From Eoetvoesiella caeni (lineage in GTDB: Bacteria; Pseudomonadota; Gammaproteobacteria; Burkholderiales; Burkholderiaceae_B): a DNA stretch of 49,545 nt. A model generated the notes under the pieces. The model saw nothing but the letters and a program-made list of their open reading frames with translations, made no database searches and was not told the DNA's origin. The stretch is taken from the NCBI GenBank assembly GCA_040391725.1, contig JBEBXF010000001.1, forward strand, positions 1 to 49,545, read 5' to 3'. The position numbers were made by a program, and so were the translations under genes. Each line of letters starts with the position of its first letter. Position 1 is the first letter of the stretch. Positions 17,496 through 27,483 of the stretch are shown in pieces.

Positions 17496-18866
17496 TTAAT
17501 CAACCACCTTGTCCCGCATGGTTACGAACTCTTCGGCGGCGGTGGGGTGTATGCCGACGGTGCGGTCGAATTGCCGTTTGGTGGCGCCGCATTGCAGGGC
17601 TATGGCCAGGCCCTGCATGATTTCGGCGGCATCGGGGCCGACCATGTGGCAGCCGAGCACGCGGTCGCTTTCGCGGTCGACCACCAGTTTCATCAGCGTT
17701 TTATCCTGGCGGCCGCTCAAGGTGTTGCGCATGGGGCGGAATTTGCTGCGGTAGATGTCCACCTGCTTGCCCGCTTCGCGCGCCTGCTGTTCGCTCAAAC
17801 CTACGGTGGCGACGGGCGGCTGGCTGAATACGGCCGTGGGGATATTGCTTGGGTCGAACGAAGTGGGATTACCGTTGTATAGGGTTTCGACTAGGGCGCG
17901 CGCTTCGGCGATGGCAACGGGGGTCAGGTTGTGCTTGTTGGTGACGTCGCCCACGGCGTAGATATTGGGCACCGAGGTCACCGACCACTCGTCGACCAGC
18001 ACAGCGCCAGCCTTGTCCGTTTTGACGCCCACTTCCTCCAGCCCCAAAGTGCTTGTATTGGGCGCGCGACCGGTGGCGTAAAGGATCTGGTCGCAAGGCA
18101 GAACCTGGCCGTTGTCCAGCTTGGCCTCCAGCCCGCCCGCCACTTTTTCGATACGCTCGACCAAAGCCCCGCTAACGATATGCATGCCTCGCGCGGTCAA
18201 TTCTTCTGCGAGGTGCGTGCGGACGTCCTGGTCGAAGCCGCGCAGCGGAATATCGCGGCGCACCACCAGGGTCACGTCCGCCCCCAGGGCCTGGAAGATG
18301 CCGGCAAACTCAACGGCAATATAGCCCGCGCCGACGATCACGATGCGCTTGGGCAGCTCGGCCAGTTCAAGCGCTTCGTTCGACGTGATGGCATGCTCGA
18401 TGCCCGGCGTGTCCGGCAAGGTCGGATAGCCGCCGGTGGCGATCAGGATGCGTTCGGCGGTGATCCGGCGTCCGCCGATATCCACGGTATGCGCATCGAC
18501 AAGGCGGCCCCTGCCTTCGATCAGGGCGACGCCGGCATCGGCCAGCATCTTGAGATAGATGCCGTTGAGGCGGTCGATTTCGCGGTTCTTGGCCTGGATG
18601 AGGGTTGGCCAGTCGAACGTGGCCTGCGGGATGTCCCAGCCATAGCCCCGCGCGTCGGCGATGTCGTCGGCCACGTGCGCGCCGTACACCAGCAGCTTCT
18701 TCGGAACGCAGCCCCGGATGACGCAAGTTCCCCCCACCCGGCTGTCTTCGCAGATGCCGACTTTTGCGCCATAGGAAGCGGCGCGCCGCGAACCCGCAAC
18801 GCCGCCCGAGCCGGCGCCTATGGTGAAGAGGTCGAACTCGTAGTCGCTATTCCTTGCCTGAGCCAT
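17496..18866 (-). CDS. gor: Glutathione-disulfide reductase
   Basis: GAGSGG, GGTCVIRGCVPKK, GAGYIAVE and HPTAAEEFVTM motifs. Confidence 0.93.
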   Translation of the reverse strand: MAQARNSDYEFDLFTIGAGSGGVAGSRRAASYGAKVGICEDSRVGGTCVIRGCVPKKLLVYGAHVADDIADARGYGWDIPQATFDWPTLIQAKNREIDRLNGIYLKMLADAGVALIEGRGRLVDAHTVDIGGRRITAERILIATGGYPTLPDTPGIEHAITSNEALELAELPKRIVIVGAGYIAVEFAGIFQALGADVTLVVRRDIPLRGFDQDVRTHLAEELTARGMHIVSGALVERIEKVAGGLEAKLDNGQVLPCDQILYATGRAPNTSTLGLEEVGVKTDKAGAVLVDEWSVTSVPNIYAVGDVTNKHNLTPVAIAEARALVETLYNGNPTSFDPSNIPTAVFSQPPVATVGLSEQQAREAGKQVDIYRSKFRPMRNTLSGRQDKTLMKLVVDRESDRVLGCHMVGPDAAEIMQGLAIALQCGATKRQFDRTVGIHPTAAEEFVTMRDKVVD

Positions 18867-19033
18867 GCTGTTGTTCCGTCCTTATCCTTGTATGAAAACC
18901 TCGCCTAGTGTGCAACAAGCCCGGCTCGCATGCAAACCAGAAGTATGAAGCCCTGCGAGACGGCGGCGGCAAGAGACACCGGCAAATCCGGCCGCCGCTC
19001 GCGCCCCGTTGACCGCAGTGAGCGAACCGCAAG

Positions 19034-20242
19034 CTACTTGCCAATAGGGAAAAACTTGCCGCCGATCAATGCCATGAACGCCAGCACGATAAGCGCCGCG
19101 CCGTAATAGTCGCTGGCGTTAGTCAGGCCGATGATATTGGTGAGGACGCCGGCCAGCACCGCGGGCAGGCAAAACGCCAGATAGTTCATGATGTAGAAGG
19201 CCGCCATCAGGCCTGCGCGCTCGTGAGGCTGCGCAACGGGCAGCAAGGTGCGCAATGCGCCCAGAAACCCAAGCCCGAAACCCAGGCCCGACAAAGCGGT
19301 TCCTAAAAAGAACAGCCACATGGCGCTGCCATGCACGCCGCCCAAGGTTATGGCCACACCCAACGCCAGGGACGACGCGCCCGCCACTAGCATGCGCTGC
19401 GGCGGCCAGGCGCGCAGCAACAGCACGACAACCGCCGCGCTCAACGTGAGGATGGCCACCATGACGCCGCCGACGACGGGGTCGTGCACACCCGTCACCT
19501 GCGCGATCAGGGTCGGGCCCAACGAGAAATAGAAACCACCCAGCGCCCACCCCGCCACGTCCATGGGCGCGATAAGCAGCAGCACACGCCAGGCATGGCG
19601 CGGCACGGCCACGGTGGGCAGCATGGCTGCCAGCACCCCCGGCCGCCTGACGACCGTCTCGGGCATGAAGCACGCGGCCAGGGCCTGCAAGACCAGCACC
19701 ACAAGCAATACAGCATATACAAGCTGCATGGGCGCCGGCACGAACTGGACCAGGATGCTGGCCCCGAACGCCCCCACGGCCAGGCCTATCATGGGCGCCA
19801 CGCTGTTGATCATGGGACTGCGTCTGCTGTCCAGATCCATCAGGCCCGCCGCCAGCGCACTGGTCGCCGCGCCCGTGGCCACCCCTTGCACGATGCGCGC
19901 GGCCATCAGCATGGGAACGGCGCTGGCCGTCATGAACACCACCATGGAGACGGCGTCCAGCGCCAGCGCGCCGACAATCACGGGCCGGCGGCCAATATGA
20001 TCGGACACCGACCCCAGCACCAGCAAAGCCAGCAGCAGGAAGATGGCGTACACCCCGAAGATGATGGTGAGGGTGCTGGCCGAGAACCCCCAATGCTCAC
20101 GGTAAATGCTGTACAAGGGCGTGGGTGCGCTGGACGCCGCCATGAAAGTCAGCAAGGCCAGCGCTTGCAGCCACAAGGCGGCGGGCTGCCCCATCAGCCA
20201 GGGGGGTCGCGATGCCGCCAAAGTGGTTTGCCGTATGCCCAT
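19034..20242 (-). CDS. MFS transporter
   Basis: PTPLYSIY and SDHIGRRP motifs; about 12 TM helices. Confidence 0.88.
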   Translation of the reverse strand: MGIRQTTLAASRPPWLMGQPAALWLQALALLTFMAASSAPTPLYSIYREHWGFSASTLTIIFGVYAIFLLLALLVLGSVSDHIGRRPVIVGALALDAVSMVVFMTASAVPMLMAARIVQGVATGAATSALAAGLMDLDSRRSPMINSVAPMIGLAVGAFGASILVQFVPAPMQLVYAVLLVVLVLQALAACFMPETVVRRPGVLAAMLPTVAVPRHAWRVLLLIAPMDVAGWALGGFYFSLGPTLIAQVTGVHDPVVGGVMVAILTLSAAVVVLLLRAWPPQRMLVAGASSLALGVAITLGGVHGSAMWLFFLGTALSGLGFGLGFLGALRTLLPVAQPHERAGLMAAFYIMNYLAFCLPAVLAGVLTNIIGLTNASDYYGAALIVLAFMALIGGKFFPIGK

Positions 20243-20271
20243 GTCAGTCCATTCCAGATCGATTTATGTCA

Positions 20272-20341
20272 ATTAACGCAAAAAATTTGCGTTAATGTAT
20301 TCTGCACCGATACCGCTCTTAAAGCAAATAATTTGTGTTAA
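20272..20341. promoter_or_regulatory. Two TetR operator palindromes in a divergent promoter
   Basis: ATTAACGCAAA-AAA-TTTGCGTTAAT (20272-20296) and TTAAAGCAAA-TAA-TTTGTGTTAA (20319-20341). Confidence 0.8.
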
Positions 20342-20350
20342 CGTTGCAAC

Positions 20351-20932
20351 ATGAGCATTCGAGAAGGCATTCGTCCAGGCGGCCGCAGCGCCCGCGTTCA
20401 GGAATCCGTGCACAAGGCCGTGCGCGAACTGATCGCCGAGCTTGGACGCCCCAATGTTACCGTGCCCTTGATCGCGGCCCGGGCTGGCGTTACGCCGTCG
20501 ACCATCTACCGGCGTTGGGGCGATCTTTCCGAACTGCTGGCCGACGTGGCCCTGGAGCGCCTGCGGCCGGATGCGGAGCCGGCCGATACCGGAAATGTCG
20601 GCACCGACCTTCTTGCCTGGGGCGAACAATTCTTCGACGAGATGACGTCCGAGCCCGGCAAAGCCATGGTGCGCGCCGTGCTCGCCTGCGCCGTCAATAA
20701 CAACTGGCAGGCGCAATGTTCCGTCTATACGCGCTCGCAAATAGAGATTATTCTGAACCGCGCGCGCCAGCGCGGCGAAGCAGCGCCGGACGCCGATACG
20801 GTCATGGATCGTTTTGTGGCGCCCATCATGTACAGGAACGTGTTCTCCGGCAGCCAAATGAGCTCCGAGCAAGCCCGGGCGCTGATGCAATCCTGCCTGG
20901 ACGACACCACGGCAAACAGGCCTTCAATCTAG
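20351..20932 (+). CDS. TetR/AcrR family regulator
   Basis: RPGGRSARV and IAARAGVTPSTIYRRWG HTH. Confidence 0.92.
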   Translation: MSIREGIRPGGRSARVQESVHKAVRELIAELGRPNVTVPLIAARAGVTPSTIYRRWGDLSELLADVALERLRPDAEPADTGNVGTDLLAWGEQFFDEMTSEPGKAMVRAVLACAVNNNWQAQCSVYTRSQIEIILNRARQRGEAAPDADTVMDRFVAPIMYRNVFSGSQMSSEQARALMQSCLDDTTANRPSI

Positions 20933-21016
20933 ATCGACATAGGCAGTGGCCCGCCACACCAGCCAATCCGTGAATGCCTGTGCAGGTTTTTTTCCGTAAC
21001 CGAACGAGGTCACACC

Positions 21017-21493
21017 ATGTCGTCTACCGAAGCCCGCCCACCCTTTCCCCCTTTCACGCGGGAAACCGCCATCCAGAAAGTACGCCAAGGCGAAGACGGC
21101 TGGAACAATCGCAACCCCGATAAAGTCGCACTGGCCTACAGCCTGGATACACGCTGGCGCAACCGCTCGGAATTCATCCATAACCGGGACGAAGCCCGGG
21201 AGTTCCTCGCCCGAAAATGGGCCAAGGAACTGGAATACCGGCTCATCAAGGAAATGTGGGCCTTTACGGACAATCGCATTGCCGTGCGCTACGCCTACGA
21301 ATGGCACGACGACTCGGGCAACTGGTTTCGTTCGTACGGCAACGAAAACTGGGAATTCGACACCGACGGCCTGATGAAAATCCGCCACTCAAGCATCAAC
21401 GATTTGCCGATCAAGGAATCCGAGCGCAAATTCCACTGGCCTTTGGGACGCCGGCCCGACGATCACCCCGGGCTTTCCGAGCTGGGGCTTTAA
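21017..21493 (+). CDS. DUF1348 / NTF2-like protein
   Basis: [25 protein letters not shown] and [12 protein letters not shown] motifs. Confidence 0.88.
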   Translation: MSSTEARPPFPPFTRETAIQKVRQGEDGWNNRNPDKVALAYSLDTRWRNRSEFIHNRDEAREFLARKWAKELEYRLIKEMWAFTDNRIAVRYAYEWHDDSGNWFRSYGNENWEFDTDGLMKIRHSSINDLPIKESERKFHWPLGRRPDDHPGLSELGL

Positions 21494-21538
21494 GAAAATA
21501 CGCTGAACACCCGCCATGCAGCGGCTCCCAGGCGAGGC

Positions 21539-22447
21539 TCAAGAGCCTATTCCCGTATAGGGTGCGACCAGTTCCGCCAGCCAGTCCATGAAGACTTGCA
21601 CCCGCGCGGGAACCTGCCTGCGGTTCTGGTACAGAATGGAAACAGGCATGGGCGCCGGCGTGTAGCTTGGCAGGACTTCGATGAGTTCGCCCTGCTCCAG
21701 CAAATGGCGCATGCCCATGACCGGCGCCTGGATAAGCCCCAGGCCGGCTACGCAGCCGGCCTCATAGGTTTCCGTGTTGTTGACGGTCAATGCCGCCGGC
21801 ATGGGCCAGTATCGCGTGCGCTTGCCATCGAACCATTCCCAGCCCAGGGGCTTGGCACCCAGCATCGGGTCGTACTCGATCAACCAGTGATCGGCCAGGT
21901 CTTCCAATGTTCTGGGATAGCCATTGCGCTCGACATAGGCCGGACTGGCGCAATTGACCACCCTTACCGAGCCCAGCGAACGGGCCACCAACGACGACTC
22001 CTGCAGCCGGCCGATGCGCAGCACGCAGTCGAAGCCCTCTTTCACCAGATCCACATGCCTGTCCGCGCTGCCCAGATCGATTTGCAGCAAAGGATGTTTT
22101 TGCAGGAACTCCGGCAGCCGCGGCACCACCACATTCCGCGCCATTCCCGCCGGCATGTCGACGCGCAGGCGGCCTTGCAAGCCTTCCGCCTTGTTGCGGA
22201 ACATGGTTCGCAGCTCGTCGACGTCCATCAACACGTTCTTGCTGCGCTCGTAAAACTGCTGGCCGTCCGGCGTCAGCTGAACCCGACGCGTGGTTCGATG
22301 CAAAAGGCGCGTGCCCAGCATGCTCTCCAGTTCTTGCACCGCCGTCGAAACACTGCCATTGGGCAAGCCCATATGGCGGGCAGCCTGCGTAAAACTGGAA
22401 AGCTCCGCCACCCGCAGGAAGATTCCCATGGCCTGGATTTCATTCAT
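21539..22447 (-). CDS. LysR family regulator (CrgA-like)
   Basis: SSFTQAA, RLLHRTTRRVQLT and DLVKEGFDCVLR motifs. Confidence 0.93.
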   Translation of the reverse strand: MNEIQAMGIFLRVAELSSFTQAARHMGLPNGSVSTAVQELESMLGTRLLHRTTRRVQLTPDGQQFYERSKNVLMDVDELRTMFRNKAEGLQGRLRVDMPAGMARNVVVPRLPEFLQKHPLLQIDLGSADRHVDLVKEGFDCVLRIGRLQESSLVARSLGSVRVVNCASPAYVERNGYPRTLEDLADHWLIEYDPMLGAKPLGWEWFDGKRTRYWPMPAALTVNNTETYEAGCVAGLGLIQAPVMGMRHLLEQGELIEVLPSYTPAPMPVSILYQNRRQVPARVQVFMDWLAELVAPYTGIGS

Positions 22448-22566
22448 CGCGCCATTCCTGATTATGCTGAAATTATGAAAAGTTTAATCCAATTATCGGC
22501 CTTTATCTCTATTTTTCCAGACAATACACTAGCGTCCATCCACTCCCCCTTTACGAGGAAAAACCC

Positions 22567-23328
22567 ATGAATACAGGAAAAATAGCGCTCGTCACCGGCG
22601 GCACGCGCGGGCTGGGCCTGAACACCGCCTTGAAGCTGGCGGAAAGCGGCGCCGACATCATTCTTACCTACCGCTCCAATGCGGCCGACGGCGCCGCCGC
22701 CGTGGCCAGGATACAAAAGCTGGGCCGCAAAGCAGTGGCCCTGCCGCTGGACGTGGCCGACAGCCGCAGCTTCGCGGCCTTCGCGCAAGAAGTGAAATCG
22801 GCACTGGCCGCGAACTGGCAGCGCGACACCTTCGACTACCTCGTCAACAACGCCGGCATCGGCATCAATGCCAGCGTGGCGGAGACCACCGAAGAACAGT
22901 TCGACACCCTGGTGAACATCCACCTGAAGGGCCCCTTCTTCCTTACCCAGAATCTGCTTGGCCTTATCGCCGACGGCGGACGCATCGTCAATATATCCAG
23001 CGGACTCGCCCGCTTCGCCTTGCCCGGCTTCGCGGCCTACGCCGCAGCCAAGGGCGGCGTGGAAGTCCTGACCCGCTATATGGCGAAAGAACTCGGCCCG
23101 CGCGGTATCGCCGTCAATACCGTAGCGCCCGGCGCCATCGAAACGGATTTCGGCGGCGGCGTGGTGCGGGACAACGCCAACATGAACAAAGCCATCGCCA
23201 GCCAGACCGCCATGGGCCGCGTCGGCCTGCCCGACGACATCGGCGACGCCATCGCAGCGCTGCTTACTCCCGGAAACCGCTGGATCACCGCGCAGCGCAT
23301 CGAGGTTTCGGGCGGCATGTTTATTTGA
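22567..23328 (+). CDS. SDR family oxidoreductase
   Basis: TGGTRGLG, NNAG and YAAAK motifs. Confidence 0.93.
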   Translation: MNTGKIALVTGGTRGLGLNTALKLAESGADIILTYRSNAADGAAAVARIQKLGRKAVALPLDVADSRSFAAFAQEVKSALAANWQRDTFDYLVNNAGIGINASVAETTEEQFDTLVNIHLKGPFFLTQNLLGLIADGGRIVNISSGLARFALPGFAAYAAAKGGVEVLTRYMAKELGPRGIAVNTVAPGAIETDFGGGVVRDNANMNKAIASQTAMGRVGLPDDIGDAIAALLTPGNRWITAQRIEVSGGMFI

Positions 23329-23449
23329 GGGAGCTTTGCAATACCGCCCCACCCTTTCAATAACATGGCTATGCTCCCCACCTACCCAGGAACAGTGGTA
23401 TGAATAGTTCTTCGACCCAACAACACAGTTTCACAGTCAAGGAGCAGCC

Positions 23450-23875
23450 ATGAGCAAGAAAGCATCGGCGGTATGGAAAGGCGGGATCAAGGATGGCGGC
23501 GGCACGATCTCTACGGAAACAGGCGTGTTGAACAATGCGCCGTACGGGTTCAAGTCGCGGTTCGAGGACGGCAAGGGAACCAATCCCGAGGAACTGATCG
23601 CGGCCGCGCATGCGGGCTGCTTTTCGATGGCGCTTTCGTTGATGCTGGGCAATGCCGGCTTCACCCCCGACAAGATCGATACGCAGGCGGCGGTCACCCT
23701 GGTCTCGAATGCCGGCGGCTTCGAAATCACGGAAAGCCATCTGACCGTGACGGCCAGGATTCCCGGCATCGACAACGCCAAGTTCCAGGAGATCGCCGGG
23801 CAGGCCAAGGCCGGCTGCCCGGTCTCCAAGGTGCTGAATGCCAAGATCAGCATGGATGCCAAGCTGGAATCCTGA
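23450..23875 (+). CDS. osmC: OsmC peroxiredoxin
   Basis: GTNPEELIAAAHAGCF and AKAGCPVS motifs. Confidence 0.92.
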   Translation: MSKKASAVWKGGIKDGGGTISTETGVLNNAPYGFKSRFEDGKGTNPEELIAAAHAGCFSMALSLMLGNAGFTPDKIDTQAAVTLVSNAGGFEITESHLTVTARIPGIDNAKFQEIAGQAKAGCPVSKVLNAKISMDAKLES

Positions 23876-23897
23876 TCTCGGGGTTGCCCGACTCCGG

Positions 23898-23949
23898 AAA
23901 AAAAGTCGCCGCGCATCTCTTTCGAAAGCGATGCGCGGCGGTTTCATTT
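23898..23949. terminator. Likely bidirectional intrinsic terminator after osmC
   Basis: Stem CGCCGCGCATC / GATGCGCGGCG flanked by an A-tract and TTTCATTT. Confidence 0.7.
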
Positions 23950-23989
23950 GCCTGCGCTATATCACGGCGGCGCAAGGTATAGTTGATTC

Positions 23990-24640
23990 ATGAACCTGGA
24001 TCTCTTTCCTTGCGAAAGCCCCGCCGCCCATAGCGAAGCCATCGGGCCTTGCGCCTATGTGCTGCGTGGCTTCGCGCTGCCGGACGCGGAAGCGCTGGTC
24101 GCCGCCATCGGCGAGTTGGAGCGCCGCGCGCCGTTTCGGCATATGACGACGCCGGGCGGCTTTGCCATGTCGGCGGCCTTGACCAATTGCGGCCGGCTGG
24201 GCTGGACGACCGACAGGCGCGGCTATCGCTACACCACCGACGACCCCGATACGGGGCTGCCCTGGCCCGCGATGCCGGAAATATTTACCCGCCTCGCGCA
24301 CGAGGCGGCAGCACGGGCGGGATTTGCGGATTTCACGCCCGATGCCTGCCTGCTCAACCGCTATGAGCCCGGCGCGCGCATGTCCCTGCATCAAGACAAG
24401 AACGAACGCGATTTCACCGCGCCCAGTGTTTCGGTGTCGCTGGGCATGTCAGTGGTCTTCCTGTTCGGCGGCCACGCCCGCGGCGACAAGGCGGCCCGCG
24501 TCCCGCTGCTGCACGGCGACGTGGTGGTCTGGGGCGGCGAAGACCGCCTGCGCTATCACGGCGTGCTGCCGCTCAAGGACGCGCCGCATCCGCTGCTGGG
24601 CAGCCGGCGCATCAATTTCACGTTCCGCAAAGCGGGCTGA
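23990..24640 (+). CDS. alkB: Fe(II)/2OG DNA oxidative demethylase AlkB
   Basis: TPGG..MS...TNCG.LGW, ACLLNRY, HQD, HGV and RINFTFR motifs. Confidence 0.93.
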   Translation: MNLDLFPCESPAAHSEAIGPCAYVLRGFALPDAEALVAAIGELERRAPFRHMTTPGGFAMSAALTNCGRLGWTTDRRGYRYTTDDPDTGLPWPAMPEIFTRLAHEAAARAGFADFTPDACLLNRYEPGARMSLHQDKNERDFTAPSVSVSLGMSVVFLFGGHARGDKAARVPLLHGDVVVWGGEDRLRYHGVLPLKDAPHPLLGSRRINFTFRKAG

Positions 24641-24672
24641 GCTCAGAGGATGAGACCAACGCATTGCCCCAG

Positions 24673-24685
24673 TCCCAATTTGGGA
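24673..24685. promoter_or_regulatory. HigBA autoregulatory operator palindrome
   Basis: TCCCAA-T-TTGGGA just upstream of the toxin ATG. Confidence 0.7.
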
Positions 24686-24699
24686 TTAACATATACCCT

Positions 24700-25002
24700 A
24701 TGCGAATCATAGCGATCAGCGTACTACGTCAATTCTGGGAAAAACATCCTGACTCAGAACAGTCCATCAAAGCTTGGGTAGACGAAGCTCGTAAAGCTCA
24801 ATGGGCCCAACCCTCCGAGATCAAGGCGCTTTACCGTAGCGCCAGCATTCTAAAAAACCGACGTGTCGTGTTCAATATCAAAGGCAATGACTACCGTCTA
24901 GTAGCGGCTGTGGCATTCAAATTGAGTGTTGTCTATGTGAAATTCATCGGCACCCATGCCCAATACGACAAAATCGACGCCGAAACAGTGGAAATGGAGT
25001 AA
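24700..25002 (+). CDS. higB: Type II TA toxin HigB (RelE-like mRNase)
   Basis: MRIIA...LRQFWEKHPD, RVVFNIKGNDYRL and FIGTHAQYDKID motifs. Confidence 0.92.
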   Translation: MRIIAISVLRQFWEKHPDSEQSIKAWVDEARKAQWAQPSEIKALYRSASILKNRRVVFNIKGNDYRLVAAVAFKLSVVYVKFIGTHAQYDKIDAETVEME

Positions 25003-25004
25003 AC

Positions 25005-25385
25005 ATGGAAATCCGCCCCATACATACCAAAGCCGATTACAAATCGGCTCTCAAGGAAATTTCCCGGCTCATGGAGTCGGACCCCGACATAGGTACCCCC
25101 GATGGAGATCGCCTGGATATTCTGGTTACACTGGTGCAAGCCTACGAAGCCAAGCACTATCCGATAGATCTGCCCGACCCGATAGAAGCCATCAAGTTCC
25201 GGATGGAGCAAGCTGACCTGACCCCTAAGGATCTAGAACCAATGATCGGTCGCATGAATCGAGTCTATGAAATACTGAATCGCAAACGGTCGCTGACTCT
25301 TCCCATGATCCGAAAGCTACACCAGGAACTTGGTATCCCCGCGGAAAGCTTGATCCAGCCTTCGAAATACACCTCAGCAGCCTGA
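25005..25385 (+). CDS. higA: Type II TA antitoxin HigA
   Basis: I.T.ADY..AL, DPIEAIKFRMEQ and HTH EILNRKRSLTL.MIR.LH motifs; toxin-first gene order. Confidence 0.92.
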   Translation: MEIRPIHTKADYKSALKEISRLMESDPDIGTPDGDRLDILVTLVQAYEAKHYPIDLPDPIEAIKFRMEQADLTPKDLEPMIGRMNRVYEILNRKRSLTLPMIRKLHQELGIPAESLIQPSKYTSAA

Positions 25386-25388
25386 CTC

Positions 25389-26279
25389 TCAATCTTCAGC
25401 CGAAAACTGCCTGACCTGGGTCAGAAACGCCTGGAGTATGGGCGAGGTGTCGTGGCGGCGGTACATGCAGCACAGCTCGATGTCGCGCAAGGCCCGGGAT
25501 TTCAGCGGCTTGTAGACGAGGTTGGGCAGGCGCAGCGTTTCGGCCGACTGGGTGGTAATGCAGACGCCGAAGTTGCTGGCCACCAGGGCGAGACAGGTGA
25601 CAATGTCCTCGCTGTCCTGCTCGACGCGGAACCGCACGCCTTCGGCGCGAAAGGCCGCGGCGATTTCCTGGCCCAGTCCGTACAAGGGCGCGTTGGGGTA
25701 GACCACCATGGGCTCGTCGTCCAGATCCTGCAGGGAAACCGAGTCCTGGGCGCAAAGCCGATGGCCTTTGTACAGCGCCACCAGAAAGGGCTCGCGCAGC
25801 ACGACCTCGACGGCCAGGTCTTCTTCGTCCGGCACCAGGCGGTTGAAGCCGATGGAAATGCGCCGTTCGCGCAGGGCCACTATCTGCTGGGCCTTGGTCA
25901 TGTTGTACAGGCCGATCTTGACCTTGGGACTGCGCTTGTGAAAGCCGCCCAGGATGCGGGGGATGGCATTGAGGACGCCCGAGCTGAAGAAGCCCACGTC
26001 GAGCCGCCCGATGAAGCCTTCCTGCGCCAGTTGGGCTCTTTCCTCGGCCCGCTGGGTCAAGGCCAGGATATTGGGAACTTCCTCCAGCAGCGCCCGGCCC
26101 GACTCGGTCAGTTCGGCGCCCTTGGGCGTGCGCACGAAAAGCGGCACGCCCAGCTCGTCCTCGAGCGCCTTGATGTGGCGGGTCAGCGGCGGCTGGGTAA
26201 TGTGCAGTTTTTCCGCGGCCCGGCCGAAATTCAATTCCTGCGCCAGCATCAGGAAATAGCGCATCTGCTTGATGTCCAT
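25389..26279 (-). CDS. LysR family regulator (CatR/BenM-like)
   Basis: YF...A.ELNFGRAAEKLHITQPPLTR HTH; divergent from the dioxygenase. Confidence 0.9.
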   Translation of the reverse strand: MDIKQMRYFLMLAQELNFGRAAEKLHITQPPLTRHIKALEDELGVPLFVRTPKGAELTESGRALLEEVPNILALTQRAEERAQLAQEGFIGRLDVGFFSSGVLNAIPRILGGFHKRSPKVKIGLYNMTKAQQIVALRERRISIGFNRLVPDEEDLAVEVVLREPFLVALYKGHRLCAQDSVSLQDLDDEPMVVYPNAPLYGLGQEIAAAFRAEGVRFRVEQDSEDIVTCLALVASNFGVCITTQSAETLRLPNLVYKPLKSRALRDIELCCMYRRHDTSPILQAFLTQVRQFSAED

Positions 26280-26314
26280 GCATCCCTCGACTTCCAAAAA
26301 GTATCGCTTAGATA

Positions 26315-26350
26315 ATACCGATTCGGTATCGAGTTATCAAAATTCAGTAT
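26315..26350. promoter_or_regulatory. CatR/BenM-type LysR binding sites
   Basis: ATAC-N7-GTAT at 26315-26329 and degenerate ATCA-N7-GTAT at 26336-26350. Confidence 0.75.
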
Positions 26351-26487
26351 TGGACGACATAGCTTCGCCGGTGCCATCATAGACGACGCGGTGTACTTCC
26401 CCCCCTCCAGACCAAAGCATCCGCCGGGGCATGGAACGGCGGAAATCGCCAGCCGCAAACATACTACAGACACGCGAAGAGGCAGTC

Positions 26488-27438
26488 ATGATCATTACCC
26501 GCCAACAAGACGTCACCGAAGCCGTGCTCGGCGAACTCGAACGTGCGCCCGACGAACGCTTCCGCGAAATCATGTCGGCGGCGGTGCGCCACCTGCACGA
26601 CTTCGCCCGCGAAGTGAATCTCACCGAGGCGGAATTCCACAAGGCGTGCACCTATATTGCCAAGCTGGGCCAGATGACCACCGACTCGCACAACGAAGTC
26701 GTGCTGGCCGCAGGCTCGCTGGGCCTTTCCTCGCTGGTCTGTCTGCTGAACAACGGCGACAACGGGCAAACCGACACCACCGCCAACCTCATGGGGCCGT
26801 TCTGGCGCCTGGATTCGCCCCGCGTCCAGAACGGCGAATCCATCGTTCGCGGGCCGACTCCGGGGGAACCCATTTTCGTGCAGGCCTGGGTTCACGACCG
26901 CGAAGGCCGGCCCGTGGCCGACGCGGAAGTCGACGTCTGGCACACCTCGGCCGAAGGGTTTTATGAAAACCAGGATCCGGGGCAGGCCAATATGAATCTG
27001 CGCGGCAAGTTCACCACCGACGAAAACGGCCATATTGCGTTCCGCAGCGTCAAGCCCGCGGGCTATCCCATCCCCATCGGCGGTCCCGTCGGCGAGCTGC
27101 TGCGCGCTCAGGGGCGGCACAATATGCGCCCGGCCCACATCCACTTCATGATCTACAAGCCGGGCTACAAAACGCAGTTCTCGCAGGTGTATTCCAGCGA
27201 CGACCCCAACCTGGACACCGACGTGCAGTTCGGCGTCACCCGCGCCCTGGTGGGCGAATACGTGCTGCACGAGAACCAGCCCGCGCCCTACGGCGACGTA
27301 CAGGGGCCGTGGTATTCGCTGGACTACCACTTCACCATCGAGCCCGGCCAGGCCACCCTGCCCAAGCCGCCCATCACCGGCAAGGCGGAAGGCCCGCGCC
27401 CGCAACTCCAGATCCTCAAGCGCACGGAACCGGCCTGA
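26488..27438 (+). CDS. Intradiol ring-cleavage dioxygenase (catechol/hydroxyquinol 1,2-dioxygenase family)
   Basis: N-terminal helical dimerisation domain; VDVWH; Fe(III) ligands in GFY, GYPIP and RPAHIH. Confidence 0.9.
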   Translation: MIITRQQDVTEAVLGELERAPDERFREIMSAAVRHLHDFAREVNLTEAEFHKACTYIAKLGQMTTDSHNEVVLAAGSLGLSSLVCLLNNGDNGQTDTTANLMGPFWRLDSPRVQNGESIVRGPTPGEPIFVQAWVHDREGRPVADAEVDVWHTSAEGFYENQDPGQANMNLRGKFTTDENGHIAFRSVKPAGYPIPIGGPVGELLRAQGRHNMRPAHIHFMIYKPGYKTQFSQVYSSDDPNLDTDVQFGVTRALVGEYVLHENQPAPYGDVQGPWYSLDYHFTIEPGQATLPKPPITGKAEGPRPQLQILKRTEPA

Positions 27439-27483
27439 AGGCCCCAAACCCGCAGCTCGTCACTGCTTACAAGGAAACCATGC

